From the NCBI RefSeq assembly GCF_000406145.1, contig NZ_CM001976.1, positions 1-13,085 of the forward strand: a stretch of 13,085 nucleotides of DNA, read 5' to 3'. The number at the start of each line of letters is the position of its first letter. Within the stretch, counting starts at the first letter, position 1. The position numbers and the translations under genes are program-made. The notes under the pieces were generated by a model. That model was given only the letters and a program-made list of their open reading frames with translations. It was not told the origin of the DNA and ran no database searches. This document shows positions 7,119 through 13,085 of this stretch, piece after piece. The DNA is from Dickeya dadantii NCPPB 898 (GTDB taxonomy: Bacteria; Pseudomonadota; Gammaproteobacteria; Enterobacterales; Enterobacteriaceae).

Positions 7119-8624
7119 ATGCAACCTTTACTGCAATTGCAAGGCATCACCAAAACCTTTCCCGGCGTTAAGGCGCTTTCCGGCGCGGCGTTGAATGTCT
7201 ATCCGGGTAAGGTGATGGCGTTAGTGGGCGAAAACGGCGCCGGCAAATCCACCATGATGAAGGTTCTGACGGGGATTTATCGCAAAGATGCCGGCAGTAT
7301 CCATTTTCTGGGTAAGGACGTGGATTTCAGCGGCCCCAAAGCCTCTCAGGAAGCAGGAATCGGCATTATCCATCAGGAACTGAACCTGATTCCTCAACTG
7401 ACCATTGCCGAAAATATTTTCCTTGGCCGCGAATTTACCAACCGTCTGGGGCGTATCGACTGGAAACAGATGTACGCCGAGGCGGACAAACTGCTCAAGC
7501 GGTTGAATCTGCGTTATGACAGCCGCCGTCTGGTGGGCGAATTGTCGATTGGCGACCAGCAGATGGTCGAAATCGCCAAGGTGCTCAGCTTTGAATCCCG
7601 GGTCATCATTATGGATGAACCCACCGATGCGTTGACCGATACCGAAACCGCGTCGCTGTTCAGCGTGATTAAAGAACTGCAGTCTCAGGGCTGCGGCATC
7701 GTCTATATCTCCCATCGACTGAAAGAAATCTTTGAAATCTGTGATGACGTGACGGTCTTTCGCGACGGCCAGTTCATCGGCGAACGCCCGGTGAGTGAAT
7801 TGCAGGAAGATTCGCTGATTGAAATGATGGTGGGTCGTAAGCTGGAAGATCAGTATCCCCGCCTGAATCAGGCACCCGGCGAGGTGCGTTTGCAGGTCAG
7901 CGAATTGTCCGGGCCGGGTGTGGAAAACGTGAGCTTCACGCTGCGCAAGGGCGAGATTCTTGGCGTCGCCGGGTTAATGGGCGCCGGCCGTACCGAATTG
8001 ATGAAAGTGCTTTACGGCGCGCTGCCGCGTACCCACGGCAAAGTCCATCTGGACGGCAAAGATGTGGTGACGCGCAGTCCGCAGGACGGGCTTGCCAGCG
8101 GCATCGTCTATATTTCCGAAGACCGCAAGCACGACGGGCTGGTGCTCGGCATGTCGGTGAAGGAAAACATGTCCCTGACCGCGCTGCGCTATTTCAGCAA
8201 TGCCGCGGGGTCGCTGCGGCACGGCGATGAACAGCAGGCGGTGAGCGATTTCATCCGCATGTTTAATATTCGTACGCCGTCCATGTCCCAGCCGATTGGG
8301 CTGCTGTCTGGTGGTAATCAGCAGAAAGTGGCGATCGCCCGCGGCCTGATGACGCGCCCCAAAGTGCTGATTCTGGATGAGCCGACCCGCGGTGTGGATG
8401 TGGGGGCAAAAAAAGAAATCTATCAGTTAATCAACCAGTTCAAGCAGGAAGGATTAAGCATCATTTTGGTGTCGTCGGAAATGCCCGAAGTGCTTGGGAT
8501 GAGCGATCGCATTATCGTGATGCACGAAGGGCGCCTGAGCGGCGAGTTCCCGATTGAACAGGCGACACAGGAAACGCTGATGGCTGCGGCCGTTGGTAAG
8601 CAATACGGCGTAAAGCAGGAGTAA
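7119..8624 (+). CDS. rbsA: RbsA, ribose ABC transporter ATP-binding protein with two ABC cassettes (501 aa)
   Basis: The ATG at 7119 gives [30 protein letters not shown], collinear with E. coli RbsA (501 aa). A GAGG Shine-Dalgarno sits at 7110-7113. Walker A motifs are GENGAGKST and [12 protein letters not shown] signatures are LSIGDQQ and LSGGNQQK. The track ORF starts at a GTG at 7092 inside rbsD, and I reject that start. Confidence 0.95.
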   Translation: MQPLLQLQGITKTFPGVKALSGAALNVYPGKVMALVGENGAGKSTMMKVLTGIYRKDAGSIHFLGKDVDFSGPKASQEAGIGIIHQELNLIPQLTIAENIFLGREFTNRLGRIDWKQMYAEADKLLKRLNLRYDSRRLVGELSIGDQQMVEIAKVLSFESRVIIMDEPTDALTDTETASLFSVIKELQSQGCGIVYISHRLKEIFEICDDVTVFRDGQFIGERPVSELQEDSLIEMMVGRKLEDQYPRLNQAPGEVRLQVSELSGPGVENVSFTLRKGEILGVAGLMGAGRTELMKVLYGALPRTHGKVHLDGKDVVTRSPQDGLASGIVYISEDRKHDGLVLGMSVKENMSLTALRYFSNAAGSLRHGDEQQAVSDFIRMFNIRTPSMSQPIGLLSGGNQQKVAIARGLMTRPKVLILDEPTRGVDVGAKKEIYQLINQFKQEGLSIILVSSEMPEVLGMSDRIIVMHEGRLSGEFPIEQATQETLMAAAVGKQYGVKQE

Positions 8625-8631
8625 GTCAGAC

Positions 8632-9600
8632 ATGAGTTCCCAAACTATCACAGCAAAGCGCTGGCTCAGCAAAGAGTGGCTGATGGAGCAAAAATCATTG
8701 ATCGCCCTGCTGATTTTGATCGCTGTGGTGTCTTCAATGAGCCCCAACTTTTTTACCCTGAACAACCTGTTCAACATCCTGCAGCAGACCTCGGTGAACG
8801 CCATCATGGCGGTGGGGATGACGCTGGTGATCCTCACGTCCGGCATTGATTTGTCCGTAGGGTCGTTGCTGGCGCTGACCGGTGCGGTGGCGGCTTCCAT
8901 CGTCGGGCTTGAGATCAATGCGCTGGTGGCGGTATTCGCTGCGCTGGCGCTCGGCGCGGTCATCGGCGCCGGCACCGGCATCGTGATTGCCAAGGGGCGG
9001 GTGCAGGCCTTTATCGCCACGCTGGTGATGATGCTGCTGCTGCGCGGCGTGACCATGGTTTACACCAACGGCAGCCCGATCAATACCGGTTTTTCCGATT
9101 CCGCGGATGCGTTAGGCTGGTTCGGCATCGGACGTCCTCTGGGCATACCCACGCCAATCTGGATTATGGCGGTGGTATTCCTGGCAACCTGGTACATGCT
9201 GCACCATACCCGCATCGGCCGCTATATCTATGCGCTGGGCGGAAATGAAGCGGCAACCCGCCTTTCCGGGATCAGCGTTGATAGAGTGAAAGTGGTGGTT
9301 TATGCGTTGTGTGGTTTGCTGTCGGCGCTGGCGGGCATTATCGAAGTAGCTCGCTTGTCATCGGCGCAACCAACGGCAGGGACGGGTTATGAACTGGATG
9401 CCATTGCGGCGGTGGTGCTGGGTGGCACAAGTTTGTCGGGTGGTAAAGGACGCGTGGTGGGAACGTTAATCGGCGCTCTGATTCTGGGGTTCCTGAATAA
9501 CGGACTTAACCTGTTAGGGGTTTCTTCTTACTACCAGATGATCGTCAAGGCGGTGGTTATTTTGCTGGCGGTTTTGGTAGATAACAAAGGCAGTAAATAA
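8632..9600 (+). CDS. rbsC: RbsC, ribose ABC transporter permease (322 aa)
   Basis: Near-identical to E. coli RbsC over most of its length, for example NLFNILQQTSVNAIMAVGMTLVILTSGIDLSVGSLLALTGAVAASIVG and YYQMIVKAVVILLAVLVDNK. Confidence 0.96.
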   Translation: MSSQTITAKRWLSKEWLMEQKSLIALLILIAVVSSMSPNFFTLNNLFNILQQTSVNAIMAVGMTLVILTSGIDLSVGSLLALTGAVAASIVGLEINALVAVFAALALGAVIGAGTGIVIAKGRVQAFIATLVMMLLLRGVTMVYTNGSPINTGFSDSADALGWFGIGRPLGIPTPIWIMAVVFLATWYMLHHTRIGRYIYALGGNEAATRLSGISVDRVKVVVYALCGLLSALAGIIEVARLSSAQPTAGTGYELDAIAAVVLGGTSLSGGKGRVVGTLIGALILGFLNNGLNLLGVSSYYQMIVKAVVILLAVLVDNKGSK

Positions 9601-9626
9601 CTTTTCATTCACACAGGAATTGAAAT

Positions 9627-10514
9627 ATGAATTTGAAGAAGATTGCTACTCTGGTTTCCGCTGTCGCGCTGAGTGCCGCCGTCAGTACCAATGCGCTGGC
9701 GAAGGATACCATTGCTCTTGTTGTTTCCACGCTCAATAACCCGTTCTTCGTGTCTCTGAAAGATGGCGCGCAGAAAGAGGCCGACAAACTTGGCTACAAT
9801 CTGGTGATTCTGGATTCTCAGAATAACCCGGCTAAAGAACTTTCCAACGTGCAGGATCTGACCGTTCGCGGCACCAAGCTGTTGCTGATCAACCCGACCG
9901 ACTCCAACGCGGTAGGTAATGCGGTGAAGCTGGCTAACCAGGCCAAAATCCCGGTCATTACGCTGGACCGTGTTGCCGCCAGCGGCGAAGTGGTGAGCCA
10001 CGTGGCTTCCGACAATGCCTTCGGCGGTAAAGTCGCCGGCGATTTCATCGCCAAAAAACTGGGTGAAGGCGCCAAGGTTATTCAACTGGAAGGCCTGGCG
10101 GGAACGTCTGCCGCCCGTGAACGCGGCGCCGGCTTCATGAAATCCGCCGAGAAAAACAAATTTGCCATGCTGGCGAGCCAGCCTGCCGACTTTGATCGCA
10201 CCAAAGGTCTGAACGTCATGCAGAACCTGCTGACCGCCCACCCGGACGTTAAAGCCGTGTTCGCCCAGAACGACGAAATGGCGCTGGGTGCCCTGCGTGC
10301 CTTGCAGACTGCCGGTCGTGACGATGTACTGGTAGTCGGTTTTGACGGCACCGCCGACGGCGTGAAAGCCGTAGAAGGCGGCAAACTGGCGGCTACCGTG
10401 GCGCAGCGTCCTGAGCAGATCGGCATCATCGGCGTGGAAACCGCTGACAAGGTACTGAAAGGCGAAAAAGTACAGCCGATCATCCCTGTCGACCTGAAAC
10501 TGGTTACCAAATAA
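9627..10514 (+). CDS. rbsB: RbsB, periplasmic D-ribose-binding protein (295 aa precursor)
   Basis: The Sec signal peptide is [25 protein letters not shown], followed by mature [32 protein letters not shown], as in E. coli RbsB. An AGGA Shine-Dalgarno lies upstream. Confidence 0.96.
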   Translation: MNLKKIATLVSAVALSAAVSTNALAKDTIALVVSTLNNPFFVSLKDGAQKEADKLGYNLVILDSQNNPAKELSNVQDLTVRGTKLLLINPTDSNAVGNAVKLANQAKIPVITLDRVAASGEVVSHVASDNAFGGKVAGDFIAKKLGEGAKVIQLEGLAGTSAARERGAGFMKSAEKNKFAMLASQPADFDRTKGLNVMQNLLTAHPDVKAVFAQNDEMALGALRALQTAGRDDVLVVGFDGTADGVKAVEGGKLAATVAQRPEQIGIIGVETADKVLKGEKVQPIIPVDLKLVTK

Positions 10515-10551
10515 TAACATCATCAAAGCGTAATACCGCACGTGTAGTACA

Positions 10552-10574
10552 GCGCCGCCCCTGACAGGCGGCGC
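10552..10574 (+). other. GC-rich hairpin in the rbsB-rbsK spacer: 8-bp perfect stem GCGCCGCC/GGCGGCGC with a 7-nt loop
   Basis: Read directly from the sequence. It starts 38 nt after the rbsB stop and is followed by gtaatcaacc with no U-tract. It is likely an intra-operon 3'-end or mRNA-stabilising structure that could contribute to higher rbsB than rbsK expression. It is not a canonical intrinsic terminator. Confidence 0.5.
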
Positions 10575-10599
10575 GTAATCAACCTCGGGGTTCATGGTA

Positions 10600-11526
10600 A
10601 TGAAATCAGGCAAGCTGGTAGTCTTGGGAAGCATCAATGCGGACCATATTTTGAATCTGGCGCAGTTTCCCCGTCCGGGCGAAACGGTGATCGGTAAACA
10701 GTATGGTGTGGCATTTGGCGGCAAAGGCGCCAACCAGGCGGTGGCTGCCGGGCGCAGTGGCGCTGATATCGAATTTATCGCCTGTGTCGGGGCGGACGAT
10801 ATCGGCGAGCGTATTCGCCAGCAACTGATTAAAGACCGAATCGATGTCTCCGCCGTTGAGGCGATTTCCGGCCAGACTACCGGGGTGGCGCTGATTTTCG
10901 TCAACGGCGAAGCCGAAAACATGATCGGCATTCATGCGGGTGCCAACGCGGCGGTAACGCCTGATTACCTGAATCGCTATCAGCAGAAAATTATTGATGC
11001 CTCCGCGCTATTGATGCAGTTGGAATCGCCGCTGGAAACGGTGACCGCCGCCGCTCGTCTGGCGCATGACCATGGCACCAAAGTGATCCTCAATCCGGCG
11101 CCGGCCTGCTCGTTGCCTGATGAATTGCTGTCGCTGGTGGACATGATCACGCCGAATGAAACCGAAGCGCAAATCCTGACCGGCGTCGCGGTTGAAACGG
11201 AAGACGACGCGCAACGTGCCGCACAGGTGCTGCATGATAAAGGCATTGCGACCGTATTGATTACACTGGGGAGTCGCGGCGTCTGGCTAAGCGAACAGGG
11301 TAAAGGGCAACGTATTCCCGGTTTTCGCGTAAAAGCGGTCGATACCATCGCTGCCGGCGATACGTTCAACGGCGCGCTGGTGACGGCTCTGCTGGAGTCA
11401 TGCCCGATGGAGGCCGCGGTTAAATTCGCTCATGCGGCGGCGGCTATCGCGGTTACTCGTCATGGTGCTCAGCCTTCGGTTCCCTGGCGTGAAGAGATTG
11501 ATGCTTTCCTGAATGCACAGGAGTAA
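10600..11526 (+). CDS. rbsK: RbsK, ribokinase of the PfkB family (308 aa; 310 aa if the ATG at 10594 is used)
   Basis: Collinear with E. coli RbsK. Motifs include LVVLGSINADHILN, AFGGKGANQAVAAGRSGA, and the C-terminal DTIAAGDTFNGAL ... AAAAIAVTR.GAQPSVPWREEIDAFL. There are two in-frame ATGs. GGGG at 10587-10590 lies 9 nt from the 10600 ATG but only 3 nt from the 10594 ATG, so I prefer 10600. The start remains uncertain. Confidence 0.93.
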   Translation: MKSGKLVVLGSINADHILNLAQFPRPGETVIGKQYGVAFGGKGANQAVAAGRSGADIEFIACVGADDIGERIRQQLIKDRIDVSAVEAISGQTTGVALIFVNGEAENMIGIHAGANAAVTPDYLNRYQQKIIDASALLMQLESPLETVTAAARLAHDHGTKVILNPAPACSLPDELLSLVDMITPNETEAQILTGVAVETEDDAQRAAQVLHDKGIATVLITLGSRGVWLSEQGKGQRIPGFRVKAVDTIAAGDTFNGALVTALLESCPMEAAVKFAHAAAAIAVTRHGAQPSVPWREEIDAFLNAQE

Positions 11527-11529
11527 TCC

Positions 11530-12534
11530 TTGGCAACGATGAAAGACGTGGCCCGTCTGGCCGGGGTATCCACATCAACGGTTTCTCATGTTATCAACAA
11601 TAACCGCTATGTCAGCGACGCCATTCGCGACCGGGTGATGAAAGCGGTTGAAGAATTGAATTACGCGCCGTCAGCGCTGGCGCGTAGCCTCAAAATTAAT
11701 CAGACACGTACCATTGGCATGCTGCTGACCGCCAGTAGCAACCCGTTCTATGCCGAAGTCGTGCGCGGCGTGGAGCGTTGTTGCTACGAACGGGGTTACA
11801 GCCTAATTCTGTGCAATACGGAAGGCGACCACCACCGCCTGAGCCGCAGTCTGGAGACATTACTGCAGAAACGGGTGGATGGGCTGTTGCTGATGTGTAC
11901 TGAAAGCCATATGCCTTCACCCGATATTATTCGCCGTTATCCTTCTATTCCTGTCGTGATGATGGATTGGGCGCCTTTTGAAGGCAGCAGCGATGTTATC
12001 AAAGACAACTCGCTGCAAGGCGGCGAAATGGCCACCCATTACCTGATTTCTCAGGGATATCGCAACATCGCCTGTATTGCTGGCCCGCAGGATAAGACCA
12101 CCGCACATAATCGCCTGGAAGGTTATCGTAAAGCGATGCACCAGGCGGGCTTGCCGATCCTTCCCGGTTATGAGGTGGTCGGGGATTTCGAATTCGAAAC
12201 CGGCTTTCGCGCCATGCAACAATTGCTGGCATTGCCGGAGCGGCCCGACGCCGTCTTTACCAGTAATGATGCTATGGCGGTGGGCGTCTACCGTGCTTTG
12301 CACGACGCTGGGTTATCTATTCCGGACGATATGGCCGTTGTGGGTTATGACGATATCGAACTGGCGCGCTACCTGTCTCCGCCGTTGACGACGATTCATC
12401 AACCTAAAGATGAACTGGGCGAACTGGCGATTGATACGCTGCTTCACCGACTGGAACATCCGGATACGGAACACAATGTACTGGTGTTGACGCCGGAGCT
12501 AATCGTTCGGGATTCGGTCGGAAAAAGAAGTTAG
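11530..12534 (+). CDS. rbsR: RbsR, LacI-family ribose operon repressor (334 aa), apparent TTG start
   Basis: The N-terminus (M)[22 protein letters not shown] is identical to E. coli RbsR only if translation starts at the TTG at 11530-11532. AGGAG at 11519-11523 lies 6 nt upstream of that TTG. The first ATG at 11539 is 15 nt from the Shine-Dalgarno. The rest of the protein is collinear with E. coli RbsR. Confidence 0.93.
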   Translation: MATMKDVARLAGVSTSTVSHVINNNRYVSDAIRDRVMKAVEELNYAPSALARSLKINQTRTIGMLLTASSNPFYAEVVRGVERCCYERGYSLILCNTEGDHHRLSRSLETLLQKRVDGLLLMCTESHMPSPDIIRRYPSIPVVMMDWAPFEGSSDVIKDNSLQGGEMATHYLISQGYRNIACIAGPQDKTTAHNRLEGYRKAMHQAGLPILPGYEVVGDFEFETGFRAMQQLLALPERPDAVFTSNDAMAVGVYRALHDAGLSIPDDMAVVGYDDIELARYLSPPLTTIHQPKDELGELAIDTLLHRLEHPDTEHNVLVLTPELIVRDSVGKRS

Positions 12535-12630
12535 TGGCTGATTGTTTTCCTTAATTCCGACGTTTTATAGCGCTGAAAAGCAGCATGTTGATGTATTCCT
12601 GCCCGTTTTGCCTGAAAACCATCCAGTTGA

Positions 12631-12688
12631 TGATTTTTTTGCATTTATCGCTTGTCAGGCCAGAAGAACTCCCTATAATGCGCCTCCA
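12631..12688 (+). promoter_or_regulatory. rrn P1 promoter: A/T-rich UP-like tract, -35 TTGTCA (12652-12657), 16-bp spacer, -10 TATAAT (12674-12679), GC-rich discriminator GCGCCTCC, probable +1 A at 12688
   Basis: The sequence CTTGTCAGGCCAGAAGAACTCCCTATAATGCGCCTCCACTGACACGG is nearly identical to E. coli rrnB P1 as I recall it (CTTGTCAGGCCGGAATAACTCCCTATAATGCGCCACCACTGACACGG). Confidence 0.88.
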
Positions 12689-12749
12689 CTGACACGGCAA
12701 CAGCGGAAACGCAGCGCGGTGTCAGGCGGGGAAAACGAGAAAAAAGTCG

Positions 12750-12777
12750 TTGACTCTGCAGGAGGAAAGCGTAGTAT
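12750..12777 (+). promoter_or_regulatory. rrn P2 promoter: -35 TTGACT (12750-12755), 16-bp spacer, -10 TAGTAT (12772-12777)
   Basis: GTTGACTCTGCAGGAGGAAAGCGTAGTATACGCCACC parallels E. coli rrnB P2 (CTTGACTCTGTAGCGGGAAGGCGTATTATGCACACC, from memory). It has the expected tandem spacing downstream of P1. Confidence 0.8.
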
Positions 12778-12816
12778 ACGCCACCTCGCGACAGCAGGCT
12801 GTAAGCCGGTCGCACC

Positions 12817-12828
12817 GCTCTTTAACAA
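12817..12828 (+). promoter_or_regulatory. rrn leader boxA antitermination element GCTCTTTAACAA, followed by a boxC-like TGTGTGGG at 12843-12850
   Basis: It matches the conserved enterobacterial rrn boxA (TGCTCTTTAACAA). The flanking sequence ATCAGACAATCTGTGTGGGCACTCG is as in E. coli rrn leaders. Confidence 0.88.
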
Positions 12829-12944
12829 TCAATCAGACAATCTGTGTGGGCACTCGCAGGACACTTCACTAAAAAATTATGTGAAAGTCTTGAAGAGTGA
12901 CAACAGTTAATTCATACGAACTAACAGTAAATTCTTTGAGCACC

Positions 12945-12958
12945 GCTTCTTCGGAAGC
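12945..12958 (+). other. Small GCTTC-UUCG-GAAGC hairpin within the 16S leader, 14 nt upstream of the mature 16S 5' end
   Basis: A 5-bp stem closes a TTCG tetraloop. The surrounding 18 nt (CCGCTTCTTCGGAAGCAG, 12943-12960) interrupt what in E. coli is the contiguous sequence TTGAGCATCAAACTTTTAAATTGAAG, which I quote from memory. Confidence 0.5.
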
Positions 12959-12971
12959 AGCATCAAACTTT

Positions 12972-13085
12972 AAATTGAAGAGTTTGATCATGGCTCAGAT
13001 TGAACGCTGGCGGCAGGCCTAACACATGCAAGTCGAGCGGCGAGGCGGGGGAAGCGTTGCCGTTCCCGCCGGCGAGCGGCGGACG
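12972..13085 (+). rRNA. rrs: 16S ribosomal RNA, 5' end only (partial; continues beyond the window)
   Basis: It begins AAATTGAAGAGTTTGATCATGGCTCAGATTGAACGCTGGCGGCAGGCCTAACACATGCAAGTCGAGCGG. This is the universal bacterial 16S 5' end and 27F primer site, with gammaproteobacterial/Enterobacterales sequence. Confidence 0.98.

Noticed and set aside
8454-9056. 200-aa minus-strand ORF overlapping the rbsA/rbsC junction
   Set aside because: This is an antisense shadow ORF, rich in Ala/Thr/Ser/Pro and of low complexity. Both sense genes are intact and conserved.
9609-10931. 440-aa ORF on the minus strand spanning rbsB, the rbsB-rbsK spacer and the 5' part of rbsK
   Set aside because: It is antisense to two conserved genes. 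The composition is low complexity (Ala/Gly/Arg/Gln-rich) with no motif I recognise, and there is no ribosome-binding site or promoter context. Staying open across the 79-bp spacer is notable but most simply explained by chance.
12542-12910. 122-aa plus-strand ORF downstream of rbsR
   Set aside because: It lies directly over the rrn P1 and P2 promoters, boxA and the 16S leader, all of which match E. coli rrn sequences closely. This is non-coding leader DNA, not a gene.
1-13085. Search for mobile elements, CRISPR arrays, integrase or tRNA-flanked islands, toxin-antitoxin or defence genes
   Set aside because: None was found. Gene content and order are the conserved enterobacterial oriC-proximal core. 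Composition looks uniform by eye, and there are no long terminal inverted repeats, spacer-repeat arrays or foreign-looking ORFs.

Overview
This window is a conserved, oriC-proximal piece of core chromosome from an Enterobacterales bacterium. Gene order is (oriC edge)-mioC-asnC-viaA-ravA on the minus strand, then kup-rbsD-rbsA-rbsC-rbsB-rbsK-rbsR on the plus strand. An rRNA operon follows (tandem P1/P2 promoters, boxA leader, first 114 nt of 16S). All 11 CDS look intact and full length against the E. coli K-12 orthologues as I recall them; this was judged by eye, with no alignment computed. I see no mobile elements, CRISPR arrays, defence or toxin genes, pseudogenes, or any convincing candidate for an undescribed protein-coding system. 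The long extra ORFs in the six-frame track are antisense shadows of real genes. What deserves a second look is non-coding or architectural. (1) The window appears to open inside the right-most DnaA box of oriC. (2) asnA is missing between asnC and viaA, leaving asnC without its adjacent target. (3) The rbs control region carries two RbsR-type palindromes exactly 80 bp apart, and the distal one overlaps a likely CRP site. (4) The kup-rbsD spacer is about 395 bp, with a 15-bp stem-loop and about 230 bp of unexplained sequence. (5) A GC-rich hairpin with no U-tract sits in the rbsB 3' UTR. (6) The rrn operon starts about 117 bp after rbsR, and it carries an extra UUCG hairpin in the 16S leader and an unusually GC-rich V1 helix. 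All of these are modest in interest, and I regard the window as essentially ordinary core genome.
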